Part shown: piece by piece, positions 1 to 13,578 of the stretch | How positions within the stretch are numbered: the stretch's first letter is position 1 | How the letters are laid out: each line of letters begins with the position of its first letter | Source of the DNA: an uncultured Acidobacteriota bacterium | Lineage (GTDB): Bacteria; Acidobacteriota; Blastocatellia; RBC074 | Length of the DNA: 64,000 nucleotides | Assembly (NCBI GenBank): GCA_963796275.1 | Contig: CAWCKY010000006.1 | Coordinates: forward strand, 1,536,001-1,600,000 | Direction: 5' to 3' | Made by a program: the position numbers and the translations under genes | Notes under the pieces: model-generated | What the model saw: only the letters and a program-made list of their open reading frames with translations | What the model was told of the DNA's origin: nothing | Databases searched by the model: none

Positions 1-341
1 GTCCGGTGACGACCGTATCTGCACCGTCCCGCGCTGTTTCAACGGTCTCTCCGCAGGCATTGGCTCTGATGAACAATGAGTTTGTGCTGGAACAGGGAGG
101 GTATTTTGCCGAGCGCATCGAACGCGAGGCGGGCGGCAATAAGCGCGCGCAGATCAGCCGGGCTTTCCTGATCGCACTGGGCAGAGATCCGAGCGCAAAA
201 GAGATCGAGTGGTCGCTTGCATTTCTCAAATCGCAGACGGCCGGATATGAGCAGCGTAAGAATGAAAAGCCGGAAACGGCGGCGCTCCGCGATTTCTGCC
301 ACTCGATCATCAACCTGAATGAGTTTTTGTACTTAGATTGA
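1..341 (+). CDS. C-terminal part of a DUF1553 (PSD1, planctomycete cytochrome c-associated) protein, truncated by the window edge
   Basis: [16 protein letters not shown]...FAERI...ALGRDPS...LINLNEF-like tail typical of DUF1553 C-termini. Confidence 0.75.
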   Translation, partial: PVTTVSAPSRAVSTVSPQALALMNNEFVLEQGGYFAERIEREAGGNKRAQISRAFLIALGRDPSAKEIEWSLAFLKSQTAGYEQRKNEKPETAALRDFCHSIINLNEFLYLD

Positions 342-453
342 ACTAAATTTATGGTGGGAACAAAAAGCGATAAGAGGCAAAGGACAAAATTTTGCTCCGC
401 TTATCCTGCTTCGCTTTTTCCCCATTTCTATTTTTTTCTTCAAGGATGGCTGA

Positions 454-1614
454 ATGGCAGATACAGCAGATGTCGTAATAATAGGGGGCGGTGTGGTTGG
501 ATCCAGCGTCGCCTATCACCTCGCCGAGCAAGGGTGCACTAATGTACTGATCGTCGAGCGCGCTGATAAACAGGGGCTTGGGTCAACCAGTAAGAGCATG
601 GGCGGCGTGCGCGCCCAATTCGCGACTCCGGTAAATATCCGGATGTCCCTCTATTCGATTGATGTCTTCTCCCGTTTTGAGGAATTGACGGGCCAGACGG
701 CCGACTACCGCGCCCATGGCTATCTCTTCGCCGCCACTGAGGAATCGCATCTGAAATATCTGAGAGAGAACCAGGAGAAGCAGAGAGCCCTCGGTTTGAC
801 GAATACCGAGATGGTCCACCGCGAAGACATCGTGAGGATGATCCCGCAGGTTCGGGCGGACGACATCATAGGCGGCTCCTATTGTCCGACCGATGGTTTC
901 GTCGATCCCTATAGCGTGATGACCGGTTTTTCCAAAGGCGCTAGAGATCGTGGCGCCCGTGTGTGGCTCGACGCGCAGGTGACTGGCATCGAAGTCGAAA
1001 ATGGAGAAATCGTCGGTGTGCGAACGTCCAGGGGAGATATTGCGACGCACACTGTAGTCAACGCCGCCGGACCATGGGCCGCGATCGTAGCTGAAATGGC
1101 GGGCCAACAGCTTCCGGTCGAGCCGTTGCGCCGCCAGATTGTCAAAACGCAGCGTTGTGATTTTCTACCAGTCAAATTTCCAATGCTGATCGATATGTCG
1201 AACGGCTTCCATTTCCGGCGCGAAGGCGAGGCAATCCTCATGGCCTGGCCCGACGACGAAGAGACTTATGGGTTCAAAACCGCTTTCACGCCCGAGTTTA
1301 TCGAAAAGACGCTCATGTGCGCCGTCAATCGCGTTCCTCAGTTCGCAGACCTGGCGGTCAATCCAAAGCAGTGTTGGGCGGGAATGTATGAAGTCACGCC
1401 GGACCATCACGCGATCATCGGCCCATCGCCCGTTGTCAGAGGATTGTATTTCGCAAACGGATTCAGCGGTCACGGCGTCATGCACTCACCGGCTACCGGC
1501 AGAATAGTTTCTGATCAAATACTGCACGGCCGGTGTGAAGTCATCGATGCCAGACCTCTCCGGTACGAGAGATTTGCTGAAGGTGAGTTGCTGGAAGAAA
1601 CGGCTGTGCTTTAA
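454..1614 (+). CDS. FAD-dependent oxidoreductase, DAO / sarcosine oxidase beta-subunit family
   Basis: N-terminal IIGGGVVG dinucleotide-binding motif, [27 protein letters not shown]. Confidence 0.9.
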   Translation: MADTADVVIIGGGVVGSSVAYHLAEQGCTNVLIVERADKQGLGSTSKSMGGVRAQFATPVNIRMSLYSIDVFSRFEELTGQTADYRAHGYLFAATEESHLKYLRENQEKQRALGLTNTEMVHREDIVRMIPQVRADDIIGGSYCPTDGFVDPYSVMTGFSKGARDRGARVWLDAQVTGIEVENGEIVGVRTSRGDIATHTVVNAAGPWAAIVAEMAGQQLPVEPLRRQIVKTQRCDFLPVKFPMLIDMSNGFHFRREGEAILMAWPDDEETYGFKTAFTPEFIEKTLMCAVNRVPQFADLAVNPKQCWAGMYEVTPDHHAIIGPSPVVRGLYFANGFSGHGVMHSPATGRIVSDQILHGRCEVIDARPLRYERFAEGELLEETAVL

Positions 1615-1693
1615 AAATAGAGATACCGGGAAGGTCGATTTCGAAGGTTGAGTCGGAATGCTCTTGATGTCTCTCTCCATAAGTCTCTCTCAA

Positions 1694-2527
1694 TCAACTT
1701 CCGCCTCCACCGCATCCGCCTCCACCGCATCCGCTGCTTCCGCATCCGCTGGAACCGCCATCGCAATCGCCAGATTCGCATCCGCTGAGGCTGTCGACGT
1801 GAGTATATCCGCCATATGACGTATCGCCTCTTTTCCTTCGCCGGCTGGCGCCAGACTGCCGGTTAGAAATTGCTTTGATGACGGCAATCAAAATAATTGC
1901 GATGACGAAAATCAAGATGAGAGGGAAATCAAAGTTTGGGCGGCCGGATGCGGTGCAAGCAGCAACGGCCAGTCCGGAAAATAGCAGCGCACCGACCGAG
2001 GCGGAGGCTTTATTGAGATCGAGTCCCGGTTTTTTAATGAGCCAGTAGTCGTTGCTATTCAAGCGGACGAAGCAATTCTTGCGATTAAACCGCTCTTCTG
2101 GAGAAGGCCAAATGTCCGATGGAGGCTGATGGCCGAACGTTTGTCTGTAGGATGCGAGAGTTCTTGAGTACCAGTCGTAATACTTTTCATCTTCATAGCG
2201 ACCGCCCCTGGTCGGTCCGTGATGCAGATGTTTCTTCAATACCCCCTCACAGAGGTTTTTCCAGTAAGACCGAGTGTAGATAAGATGTAGATGCCAGACC
2301 TGGTCGACTTGATCGGATGGCGTTACCTGATGACCTGCTGTGACGGCCAGGTAGATGAATTTTTTATATTCGTCGAAAACCCTCTCGGCGAAATTCAGCC
2401 CCCATCCGTTTTCGCGCGCCAGACGTTTGACGAATGTTAAGTCGGTGTTAGGTGAGTCGATTCCGAAATTTTTCAGAGATAGCCAGATCGGATTGTTCAA
2501 AGAGTATGTCGAAATCGCTTGAATCAT
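1694..2527 (-). CDS. Glycine-rich domain-containing membrane protein (GRDP/DUF1399-like) with a Gly/Cys/Ser tail
   Basis: RLARENGW...EYKKFIYL...TPSDQVDQVWHLH motif, two hydrophobic segments, GCGSSGCGGGGCGGGG tail; AGGAG RBS before ATG 2527. Confidence 0.8.
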   Translation of the reverse strand: MIQAISTYSLNNPIWLSLKNFGIDSPNTDLTFVKRLARENGWGLNFAERVFDEYKKFIYLAVTAGHQVTPSDQVDQVWHLHLIYTRSYWKNLCEGVLKKHLHHGPTRGGRYEDEKYYDWYSRTLASYRQTFGHQPPSDIWPSPEERFNRKNCFVRLNSNDYWLIKKPGLDLNKASASVGALLFSGLAVAACTASGRPNFDFPLILIFVIAIILIAVIKAISNRQSGASRRRKRGDTSYGGYTHVDSLSGCESGDCDGGSSGCGSSGCGGGGCGGGGS

Positions 2528-2724
2528 GGTTTCTCCTGAGTTTTCAATGATTGAGTTTTTCAATGACCAGAAGGCGTTTGGTGATTAACGAATGGGCTGA
2601 AGTAAAGGTTTCAAATTCCAGATCACAGCAGGTTCAATGAATAGATGACTCGAAGCAGACTAAGCCTTGACAGCTTAGCTTGGCTGCTTGAGCGGTACTG
2701 ATTCGGTCAATCCGTGGATTTAGG

Positions 2725-3495
2725 TTAAATCGCGAATTCGGCGACAACTGGCGCGTGATCGGATGGTTTCTCCATTGCACGCTGGATTTTATCTATCCAT
2801 GCGCCCGTACATTTCCCGGCCAGGGCTTCAGTCGCCCACAGATGATCGATGCGCAGGCCGTTATTGCGCCTGAAAGCGCCAGCGCGATAATCCCACCAGG
2901 TGTAAAACCCCGGCCCATCGTTGTGCGCGCGAAATACATCGACCAATCCCCATTGGCCGATTTTCTGCAATGCCGCGCGCTCGGCATCGCTGCACATGAC
3001 CTCCCCCGCCCAGATGGCCAGATCGTGAATATCGCGATCTTCCGGCGCGACATTGAAATCTCCGCAGATCAGTAGCTGGTCTTTATTGTCACAGTAATTA
3101 TCGAAAAAACCGCGCAGCCTTTCCATCCACGCAAGCTTCATTACATATTTCTCCGAACCGACAGCCTGTCCATTCGGGATATAGACGTTGATTATTCTGA
3201 CAGAATTGACCGTCGCTGCGATCAATCGGCGTTGTGCATCGAGCGGTTCGTCGGGGTGACCCCGCCGAACGTCGCTCATTGGAAGCAGTGAGAGGATGGC
3301 GACACCGTTATATGTCGGCTGACCGAAAACCTCGACGTGATACCCCAATTCACGGAAAATCTGAGTGGGGAATTTCTCGTCGGTACATTTCGTTTCCTGC
3401 ATGCAGAGCACATCGGGGCGATTGCCTTCGATCCATTTGAGTACCTGCGGCGTGCGGACAGCGATTGAGTTGACATTCCAGGTAGCGATTTTCAT
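2725..3495 (-). CDS. xth: Exodeoxyribonuclease III
   Basis: [32 protein letters not shown] and SDHAPV motifs. Confidence 0.95.
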   Translation of the reverse strand: MKIATWNVNSIAVRTPQVLKWIEGNRPDVLCMQETKCTDEKFPTQIFRELGYHVEVFGQPTYNGVAILSLLPMSDVRRGHPDEPLDAQRRLIAATVNSVRIINVYIPNGQAVGSEKYVMKLAWMERLRGFFDNYCDNKDQLLICGDFNVAPEDRDIHDLAIWAGEVMCSDAERAALQKIGQWGLVDVFRAHNDGPGFYTWWDYRAGAFRRNNGLRIDHLWATEALAGKCTGAWIDKIQRAMEKPSDHAPVVAEFAI

Positions 3496-3591
3496 ATGAG
3501 TTAATGCGACAAGATTATCATTTACGTCGCGTACTTCTCAATCGTACCGGAATGTTTGATACTGTATCGATCAGGCAGTAGCATATTTTAT

Positions 3592-4897
3592 ATGGCAACA
3601 GCCTTCTACATCGTCATCGTATTCGCGCTGGTGCTTGCAAATGGCTTCTTTGTGGCTTCGGAGTTCGCCCTGGTAGGCGTGCGACGATCTCGGATTTTGA
3701 CCCTGGCCAGAGGGGGGAGCCGCCGCGCGATGCTGCTGCTCGGGCTCCTCGATAACCTCAATGCCTATATTTCCGCTACGCAGCTCGGAATCACTATGGC
3801 CTCACTCGCTCTTGGCTGGATAGGCGAACCCGTCTTCGCCCGCTTGCTCGAAGAGCCGCTCAAGGGTTACGTCTCGGAGACGGCGCTGCATACTATCTCG
3901 TTCGTTATTGCATTCTCTGTCATCACCTTCTTACATATCGTGCTGGGCGAACTTGCACCTAAAACAATGGCACTCGAAAGGGCAGAAAAAGTTGCCCTGG
4001 CCATCGCTTTACCGATGCAAATCTTTTACCAACTATTCTCCTGGCCGATCAGGTTGCTGGACTGGGCCGGAAACCGGACAGTCCGCCTTTTTGGGCTCCA
4101 TCCCACAGGTCAGCACGCTTCCGTTTATACTGAGGAGGAGTTGCGTCATCTGATCGAGGTCTCGCGACAGGGCGGGCAGGTTGAAGAGGTGGAGCAGAAA
4201 TTGATCAATCGCGTCTTTGACTTCGCCGAAGCCGAGGTTAAAGAGGCTATGGTTCCACGCTTGAACATGATTGCACTACCGGCTAACGCTACACTGGAGG
4301 AGACTAAACGGGTTTTTCGCTCACACGGATATACGAGGCTCCCGGTCTATCGTGATAATCTGGATGACGTGTTCGGAGTGGTTGTGAGGCGGGATCTCGA
4401 GCCGTACCTCGAAATGGCCTCTGTCGAAGATTTCAATTTGGCGAACCTGATCTATCCCCCGCTTTTCATACCGGCGACAGCCAAACTCGGAACTGCGCTC
4501 AAGCAGATGCAGTCCAGGCGCGCCCAACTTGCCTTTGTGATCGATGAGCACGGGGGCCTGGCTGGGATAGTGACTCTCGAAGACTCTGCTGGAAGAGATA
4601 GTCGGCGAGATAAACGACGAGTACGATGAAGAAGTAGCCGCGCAGATACTGAAGGTGGAGGGAGGCTATCTGCTCGATGGGATGCTCGCCGTTCGCGATG
4701 CAAACCGCCGGCTCGGACTCTCCCTGCCGGAGGACGAATCATATACGACTCTCGCGGGCTTCCTCATCGCTCAGGCCGGCCATCTGCTACGGCATGGCGA
4801 GATAATTGAGTATAATGGCGGCGCTTTTACCGTCGATCTCGTTGAAAGGCGTCAGATTCGCAGGGTCCGCTTCTCATTCTCGAACCGATTGCATTGA
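3592..4897 (+). CDS. Hemolysin-family CNNM(DUF21)-CBS-CorC protein, split by a +1 frameshift at ~4585
   Basis: NGFFVASEFA, QLGIT, GELAPK and a CBS pair; removing T4585 restores VTLEDLLEEIVGEINDEYD and joins the 4655..4897 CorC domain. Confidence 0.85.
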
Positions 4898-4987
4898 CCC
4901 TCAGTTGACGATGTATAATTAACCCTCCAATGTCCCTCTTTATTTTTGAATAATCCGGTATTAAGTTTAGGCCGGTAAGGAGATGAA

Positions 4988-6119
4988 ATGCAGGTTCGAA
5001 TGTCGGTACTCAAGACGCTCACTATTTTTTTGATCGCATCGGCAAGCATATTGGCGATCCAGCGGGTGGTCGCCCAAGTACCCGCCGCAGGCGCCGCAGC
5101 CGCCGCAACCGAAACAAACGGGGCAGGGGGCCAGCAAAGATCAAAAAGACAAAGATAGAAAAGGGGCGCAGCGTCAGGGTGCACAGGCCGAAGACCAAAC
5201 GACCGACCCCGAAGGAACCATTAAACTCGACACAGACCTCGTCAACCTGGACGTGACCGTGGTCGATCAGGACAATCAGCCGATCTTTGATGTGAAGAAA
5301 GAGGATTTCACAGTTTTCGAGGATAAGATTAAGCAGACGATCGACAGTATCAGCCGCGAGGAAGTCCCGCTAAGCTTCGGCGTAGTGATCGACACATCAG
5401 GCAGCATGCGGGCGAAACTGCAGACCGTCTCGGATGCCGCTCTCGATTTGATTAAACAGATGAGGGCAGACGACGAAGCCTTCCTCTCGCAATTCAAGGC
5501 CGAGCCCGAGCTGGTTCAGGATTTCACCAGCGATAAACGCGAGCTCGAAGAGGCCCTCGGTGAGCTCTTCACGAGCGGCGGGACCGCCTTGCTGGATGCG
5601 ATCATCGCGACAGCCGACTACGCTCAGGAGAAAGCCAATACGCGCGACGGCCAACGCCGCCGCAAAGCCCTGATCGTGATCTCGGATGGTCTGGAAAAGA
5701 ACAGTTCGGTCAAAGAGAAAGAGGTACTGGAGGCCCTTAAAGAAGACGAAGTGCAGGTTTATCTGGTCGGATTCATCGATGAAGAGGACGAAGGGAAGAG
5801 TTTGTTCGGGAAATCTACCTCCAAGAAAGCCAAGGAACTGCTCTCGCGTCTGGCTGAAGATTCGGGCGGCCGCGCCTTCTTTCCGAAAGAGCTGAGCGAG
5901 ATGAAGGCCATTGCCAATCAGATCGCCAAAGACCTGCGCACACAATACATCGTCAGCTATTACCCGACTAATGATAAACGTGATGGCACTTTCCGCGCGG
6001 TCAAAGTCACGATCGAGCAGAAAGGCAGTCGAAAGATGATTGCACGTACGCGCAATGGCTATTATGCGCGAGATACTAAAGGACAGTTACCCACGGCCAA
6101 AAAAGCACGAGGCAAATAA
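4988..6119 (+). CDS. Secreted acidobacterial VWA-domain protein (TIGR03436-like), +1 frameshift at ~5076
   Basis: AAGGAG RBS and ATG 4988 give the signal peptide [30 protein letters not shown]; removing one base joins ...[16 protein letters not shown]; MIDAS DTSGS, SDG, TRNGYYA. Confidence 0.85.
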
Positions 6120-6214
6120 TAATTGATAATTGATAATTGATAATTGATAATTCGTAGATTCTGTGGCTAACAGTTAATACGAACTATCAACTATCAATTA
6201 TCAACTATCAATTA

Positions 6215-6221
<7 letters not shown>
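6120..6221. repeat. Inverted heptamer tandem repeat (TAATTGA)4 ... (TCAAYTA)4 forming a long hairpin between convergent genes
   Basis: Read directly from sequence: arms at 6120-6152 and 6182-6221. Confidence 0.85.
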
Positions 6222-7360
<1,139 letters not shown>

Positions 7361-7478
7361 CGATTGTTCCCCCTTCTGATAAATGCCGGTTATAATTCAA
7401 TAAAAAAGAAATATAACGGGAAAGAGGCAGTGAAACAAACAGAAAATGAATAAACAGAATGGTAGTTGAGGGTGGAAA

Positions 7479-8852
7479 ATGTATGGTATTAAGACCAGAC
7501 TCGATGAATCGCTTCGTTCGCGCGATTTCACAGGGCTCCGCGAGGCGTTGGAGAAGCTGCCGCCTGCGGAGGTGGCCCATCTGATTGGTGAATTACAGGG
7601 CGAGCAGCAGGTTCCCGTCTTCCGCGTTCTGCCTCGTAAAACAGCCGCCGCCGCATTCGCATATCTCCCGCTTGAGAAACAAGAGGAATTGTTGAGATCT
7701 CTGGGGCAGGAAGATGTCGCCGCGATACTCAACGAGATGTCGCCTGATGACCGCACCTCGTTGCTCGAGGAACTGCCGGCAGCGGCGACCAGACAGCTCT
7801 TATCGTTGCTCGATGAACGAGCGCGATCCGTCGCCCTCGACCTGCTGGGGTACCCAGAGGGCAGCGTCGGGCGGCTGATGACGCCTCATTACATAGCAGT
7901 TGATCAGGATTGGACGGTGCAGCAGGTGCTCGACTATATCAGGCAGCACGGGCATGACAGCGAAACGCTCAATCTGATTTTCGTCGTGGATAGCCACGGC
8001 ATACTGATCGACGATATCCGCATACGCAAGTTTCTGCTCTCAGACCCGGAGCGGCGCGTAAATGAGCTGATGGACGGCATTTTCACGGCGCTAAAGGCGA
8101 CGGACGATCGCGAGACGGCGGTGAACGTCTTCCGAAAGGCCGACCTCGCGGCATTGCCGGTGACCGATTCGGACGGTGTGCTTATCGGTATCGTGACGAG
8201 CGATGATATGCTCGATGTCGCGGAAGAACGTGCAACCGAGGATATTCAGATGGTCGGCGGCTCGGAGGCGTTCGATGAACCGTATATGAAGATCGCCTTC
8301 CCCAGAATGGTGAGAAAGCGAGCCGGATGGTTAGTGCTTCTCTTCGCGGGCGAGATGTTGACGGCAACGGCCATGGGCTTTTTCGAAAAGGAGATCGAGC
8401 GCGCCGTCGTACTTGCGCTCTTCGTTCCTTTGATCATCTCAAGCGGCGGCAACTCCGGGTCGCAGGCTGCAACGCTGGTGATTCGCGCGCTCGCGCTGGG
8501 GGAAGTGACGCTGCGAGATTGGTGGAAAATCATGCGTCGCGAAGTTTTTTCCGGTCTGGCGCTCGGGACGATTCTCGGCGGCATGGGTTTTCTTCGAATT
8601 GCGATCTGGTCTCTGTTCTCGAATCTTTACGGTTCGCATTGGCTGCTCGTGGCGATCACGGTCGGCATTGCCCTGGTCGGAATCGTATTGTGGGGAACTC
8701 TGGCCGGCTCGATGCTGCCCATAATCCTGCGCCGGTTCGGATTTGATCCGGCGGTCTCGTCGGCGCCGTTCGTCGCGACCCTGGTGGACGTGACGGGGCT
8801 GGTAATCTATTTCAGCGTAGCGATGGTCATTTTACGTGGGACATTGTTGTAG
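7479..8852 (+). CDS. mgtE: Magnesium transporter MgtE
   Basis: MgtE_N plus CBS pair plus TM domain with SSGGNSGSQ and DPAVSSAPFVATLVDVTG. Confidence 0.95.
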   Translation: MYGIKTRLDESLRSRDFTGLREALEKLPPAEVAHLIGELQGEQQVPVFRVLPRKTAAAAFAYLPLEKQEELLRSLGQEDVAAILNEMSPDDRTSLLEELPAAATRQLLSLLDERARSVALDLLGYPEGSVGRLMTPHYIAVDQDWTVQQVLDYIRQHGHDSETLNLIFVVDSHGILIDDIRIRKFLLSDPERRVNELMDGIFTALKATDDRETAVNVFRKADLAALPVTDSDGVLIGIVTSDDMLDVAEERATEDIQMVGGSEAFDEPYMKIAFPRMVRKRAGWLVLLFAGEMLTATAMGFFEKEIERAVVLALFVPLIISSGGNSGSQAATLVIRALALGEVTLRDWWKIMRREVFSGLALGTILGGMGFLRIAIWSLFSNLYGSHWLLVAITVGIALVGIVLWGTLAGSMLPIILRRFGFDPAVSSAPFVATLVDVTGLVIYFSVAMVILRGTLL

Positions 8853-9013
8853 TTGGCCGATGAGATTGTCCCGAGAGATGCTGCGATAAATTCACAAAGA
8901 GTCGACCACTAAGTTTCGATAACAAAAGTATGTTGATCGCATACGTTGATCGCGTATACGCGGGAGGTTATTATACGAATAGTGAACAATGACTAACGGG
9001 AAAGGCTAGTGCT

Positions 9014-10090
9014 ATGGAACTCCCTCGTCTCCTGAGTACGCGACTCATTTTCCTCGCAGTTATTATCGCGGCAGGCTGGGCGATGTTCGTAACCTCAGGT
9101 CTTGTGCTCGGCCAAAGCGGCCGTGGAGCGGCGCCGGAAAAAAAGAAGCGAGGTCCCGTCAAATCGCGAGTGCCTGAGCCTCGGCCGACACGATTACAGG
9201 AGCAACCCCCCCAAGATAGCGGCGTTTCGATCCGGATCAACAGCGATCTGGTGACGGTCGTTACGACCATTGCAAGGAAGTCTCATAATGCTCCGCTCGA
9301 GCTGAGCCGCGAAGATTTCGAGGTCCTGGAAGACGGCATTCCGCAAGAGATCGCCAACTTTGCGCGGGAAGCCGAGCAGCCGTTGCAGATGGTCATGCTC
9401 TTCGATACGAGTCTGAGCGTTTCGCAGAAGATCGAATTCGAGCGGCGAGCCGCTGCCAAATTCTTCGAACGGGTGATGCGTCCGCAGGATCGCGCCGCTC
9501 TGGTTGCGTTTTCGACCGACATCGAAGTCCTGCAGGGGTTCACCGGCAAAGTCCCATTGCTGGTGGAGGCTGTGAAGCAACTCTGGGCGCAGGGAGCGAC
9601 CTCGCTTTACGACTCGGTATATCAGGCTGCCGATTACCTCAAACCCACACAGGGGCGGCGCGTGATAGTCATAGTTTCAGACGGCGGCGATACGACCAGC
9701 CAGCGGCCCTTACTGGACGCGCTCGGGAACGCGCAGCGATCAGATGCCATGATCTTCGCCGTCTTTACCGGTAACCGGAATATGTCGGAGAATCTGCGCG
9801 ACCTGGCGGGAGAACGCGCCCTTGAAACCCTGACCACCGAGACCGGCGGAACCCTCTATCGACCGATAGCAACACCGGGCACTCAGGGAAAAGAGACCGA
9901 CGAACTATCGATCAGAGAACTCGATCTGGCCTTCTATAATCTGGCCGAACAACTCCGCACGCAATATACACTGGGATTCTACTCAACTAACGACAAGAGA
10001 GACGGCTCCTTCCGAAAACTCGCAGTGAGGATCAAGAGGCCGGGCTACACGACGCGCGCTCGCAAGGGGTATTACGCGCCGAAGGGATGA
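9014..10090 (+). CDS. Secreted acidobacterial VWA-domain protein
   Basis: Signal peptide, IRINSDLVTV, DTSLS MIDAS, SDGGDTTS, RARKGYYAP. Confidence 0.88.
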   Translation: MELPRLLSTRLIFLAVIIAAGWAMFVTSGLVLGQSGRGAAPEKKKRGPVKSRVPEPRPTRLQEQPPQDSGVSIRINSDLVTVVTTIARKSHNAPLELSREDFEVLEDGIPQEIANFAREAEQPLQMVMLFDTSLSVSQKIEFERRAAAKFFERVMRPQDRAALVAFSTDIEVLQGFTGKVPLLVEAVKQLWAQGATSLYDSVYQAADYLKPTQGRRVIVIVSDGGDTTSQRPLLDALGNAQRSDAMIFAVFTGNRNMSENLRDLAGERALETLTTETGGTLYRPIATPGTQGKETDELSIRELDLAFYNLAEQLRTQYTLGFYSTNDKRDGSFRKLAVRIKRPGYTTRARKGYYAPKG

Positions 10091-10093
10091 GAT

Positions 10094-10127
10094 TCAGGGC
10101 TGACCGCCATCACATGGGCCAGCCCTG
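10094..10127. terminator. Probable bidirectional terminator hairpin TCAGGGCTG...CAGCCCTGA
   Basis: 9-bp perfect inverted repeat between convergent stop codons at 10090 and 10139. Confidence 0.6.
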
Positions 10128-10138
10128 ATTAGTTCAAA

Positions 10139-13100
10139 TCAGAATGTGAACTTCAACGCGAATTGAAGCTGCCGCGACGAGCCGGAATCACCGGTCGGGA
10201 AGCGCGTATTCGTGATCTGTCCGAAGGTGGTGCCGGGCATGCGGACCGGCTGGCCGAAGTTCGCGTGGTTGAACAGATCGAATATCTCGGTACGGAATTG
10301 AACATTCAGGCGTTCGGTGACCTTGGTGTTCTTGAGCACCGAGAAATCCACGTTGTGAAACCCGGGGCCGATCACGACGTTGCGGCCCAGGTTCCCGAAA
10401 TGAGCTGTTGGCGATGTCGGTGACACAAAGGCCGAGGTGTCGAACCACCGATTGGGATCCTCGAGAATAGTGATCGGGCCAACCTGATCAACCCTGACCG
10501 TGTTTGGAATACCGGTAAAGCCGGCGCCTCCGATGACGAGGTTGACCGGGTTACCGCCCTGCGATTGAACGATGGTCGAAAGCTGCCATCCCTCGACGAG
10601 GCGACTGCCGCGCAACGGCAGTTCATACAACGCGTTGATGACAAATCGGTGACGCGCGTCGAAGTCCGATAGACCGCGATCGTTGCGCACATCATAGCTG
10701 TTCTGCACGACCACGCCCTGCGAGTTGAGAGAGTTGTAGTCGATGGACTTCGAGAAAGTGTATGAGGCGTTGAACTGCAGACCTCGCGCGAGCCGTTTGT
10801 TGGCGGTCACCCACAACGCATTATAACTGGAGTTGCCCGGGCTGCTGATCTCAGTGATATTGTTGAGCATCGCGCCGGGACTGATGGGGCTGCTAGCCGA
10901 GAGTGCGGTGAATGGCGCGCGCACCGCCATTGATCGGCTGATTGACATTGCGCGACATGCGCAGGTGAGTCCCCTTCGCGCCGAAGTAGCCGATAGTCAC
11001 TCCCAGCCCATCTGTGATTTCGCGCTGGAGATTCAGGTTCCATGACTGAACGTAGGCGTTGTCGAAATCGGAATCTACGCTCTGTGGCGCAAGTCCGGCA
11101 GCCAAGGCTCTAGCCTGTGCGTTAGCGAACGTGATAGGTACCGGATTAGGATTGGTGAGACTGGGAGGTACCGCGGTGACATTGAGCGGTGTGGCCAGAT
11201 TCGGATTCCCTGCAGTTGGCGCCACGACATTTGTCACCGGCTGATCGACGAGAATCGCATACGCGGCGCGCACTGAAGTCTTCCCATCTTTGAATGGATC
11301 CCACGCGAAGCCGAAGCGTGGCTGGAAATTCTTGTTGTTCTGCTTATATATCTGATCAAGGCCCGATCCGATGCGCACGAGCGAGACCGTCTGCGGATCG
11401 AACACCACGAACCGATCATATCTCTCGCTCGGCGTCATGTTCCAATCATAACGCAAGCCCAATTCAAGGGTCAGATTCGGCCGCACCTTGAAACTGTCCT
11501 GCCCGAAGAAGCCAAGCGCTCCGGTGCCGATTGCGCTAGATCGATCGCCTAGGATTACCTGAAACGAATTGGCAGTGCCGAGAATGAAATTGTCCATCCC
11601 CGTGCGTATGAGTCTATTAGTGACGGGATCGCGCGTCTCCGTGAAGTTGAAGAGGCCCGAGTCGAGCGTGAAGTTATTATTGTAGAAACGGCGGAACTCG
11701 CCGCCGAACCTGAATGAATGGTTGCCGCGCAGGTAATTGAGCGTGTTGGAGAAGACGACGGTAGTGTCCGCGCGCCCTTGCGGGAAATTCTGGGGGCCGC
11801 CAATGTTGAAGTTACCACCGGGAATATTGATCTGCGGCAGCCCGATCGGTGCGTTGACGCCATTGTTGATGCCGAAGTCAGCCGGATTTTGCTGCGCGTT
11901 TGGCGTAAATGTGATGTTAATGCGGTTAAAACCCAGACGCGCCTCGTTGACCAGCGTCGGACTGAATGTGTGCGTCTCGTTGAGAGTGAATATCTGTCGA
12001 CGCGACTCGCGCGTGTCGCCGAAACCGGGGAGAGTATTGTTTTGTAAAATCGGCTCGCCGCGTTTGTCCCGCTGGATGGCGTAGTAACCGTGCAGCCGGT
12101 CATTGACTCCCAGAGTATGGCTAACATCGCCAGTCCACTGGTCGATATCGACAGGCGCCGTGCCGGAGCCGAAGAAGCGGCCAGTCGGCACACCGTTCAC
12201 TGTATCAACGCTTTGAGCACGCGGGATGAGGTTCAACAAGTTGAGGACTGCGGGATCAGTCGCCGCCGCTCTTTGCGCATCGGTCGGGACATTGCTGTTG
12301 AGCGTCAAGCCCTGACGCTGGCGCAGTCCTTCATAGCTGAAAAAGAAGAAGGTCTTCTCCTTGATGATCGGCCCGCCGAGCGCTGCCCCGAATTGATTGC
12401 GTTTGAAGGGCGGTTTATTGGCCTTGCCGTCACCGTCAGTATCGTTCCGGTCGAAGAAATTGCGCGCATCCAGCGCGTCGTTGCGTATGAACTCGAAAAC
12501 TTCACCGTGAAACTGATTGGCGCCGGAGCGCGTTGCGATGTTGACGATCGCCCCGGAGTTGCGCCCGTATTCGGCGCTGTATGTCGAGTTATCAACCTTG
12601 AACTCCTGCACGGTGTTGATCGACGGCTGGAACGTGATCTGGTTCTGAGACATATCGTTCAGGTTTATGCCGTTGATCATGAAGTTCACCGTGTCTTCAC
12701 GCGCTCCGGCAGTATTGAAAGCGAACGATCCCTGACCGCGCAGCGGAGCGGTTAAAAAGCCATTTTGCGGAGGTGTGACCGATCCGGGGATAAGCAGGCC
12801 CAGATCGACGAAGTGACGGCCATTGAGCGGAATCTCCTGGACGGTCTTCTGGTTGATCACCTGGCCAACAGTCACCGTGGCCGTTTCAATCGTCTGAGAG
12901 TCCGACGTTACATTAACTTCCTGCGTTACGTCTCCTACCTTGAGCTGGAAATTCTGCACTACGATCCGGCTGACTTCGACTATGACGTTGGATGCGACCT
13001 GCGGACCAAAGCCGCCTGCCTGAACATCGACGCGGTAGACTCCTACCGGTAAAGCCGCGACCTGGTAATTACCCTCACTGTCGGTTTGAACCGTCCGTTC

Positions 13101-13280
13101 GACTCCGGTGGCCTGGTTGCGTACAACGACCTTGGCGTTCGCCACGACCGCACCTGACTGATCCTTCACCGTGCCTTGTAATGTGGCAGTAGACTGTGCC
13201 AATACGGATAAAGCGGCAAATGACGAAAAGACCGCTGCCAATAAAAGGCTCCTTATTATTAGGATATTACTCCTCTCCAT
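10139..13280 (-). CDS. Oar-like TonB-dependent receptor with an N-terminal carboxypeptidase-regulatory-like domain, +1 frameshift at ~10917
   Basis: Signal peptide, GTVKDQSGAVV, IPLNGR plug, RSGANQFHG, C-terminal RQLQFALKFTF; removing one base in the GCGCGCGC run joins ORFs 10893..13280 and 10139..10948. Confidence 0.9.
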
Positions 13281-13508
13281 TGTCTCTTTCCTTCCTTTCG
13301 CATGTGTGCAATGCAGTCTGTGTGTTTAACAATAATATTTTCAATAGATTGAGTGGGTCGACCGCGTTTCTGGATTGCAATTATTAGACCAGATGATGGG
13401 GGAGAGGAAAATGGCTAATTTATAGGACTTTCAATTTGAGAGATTGGACGTGGGGATTTAGCTTTCTGCATTTCTCCAAAATTTCGGATACTGACAGGTT
13501 CCAATTTC

Positions 13509-13570
13509 TAGTTTTCAGTTTTCAGTTTTCGGTAATGATTTCCCAACTGAAAACTGAAAACTGAAAACTA
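13509..13570. repeat. 25-bp inverted heptamer repeat (AGTTTTC)3 / (GAAAACT)3 hairpin just downstream of the amidohydrolase stop
   Basis: Arms at 13509-13533 and 13546-13570, one mismatch, 12-nt loop. Confidence 0.85.
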
Positions 13571-13578
13571 ACTTGTGG

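Noticed and set aside
4570-4600. Programmed ribosomal frameshift in the hemolysin gene
   Set aside because: No slippery heptamer or stimulatory structure; it is one of several similar single-base indels in the window.
8929-8954. 13-bp direct repeat TAYGTTGATCGCR upstream of the VWA gene
   Set aside because: Only two copies and no second occurrence noticed; not enough to call an operator.
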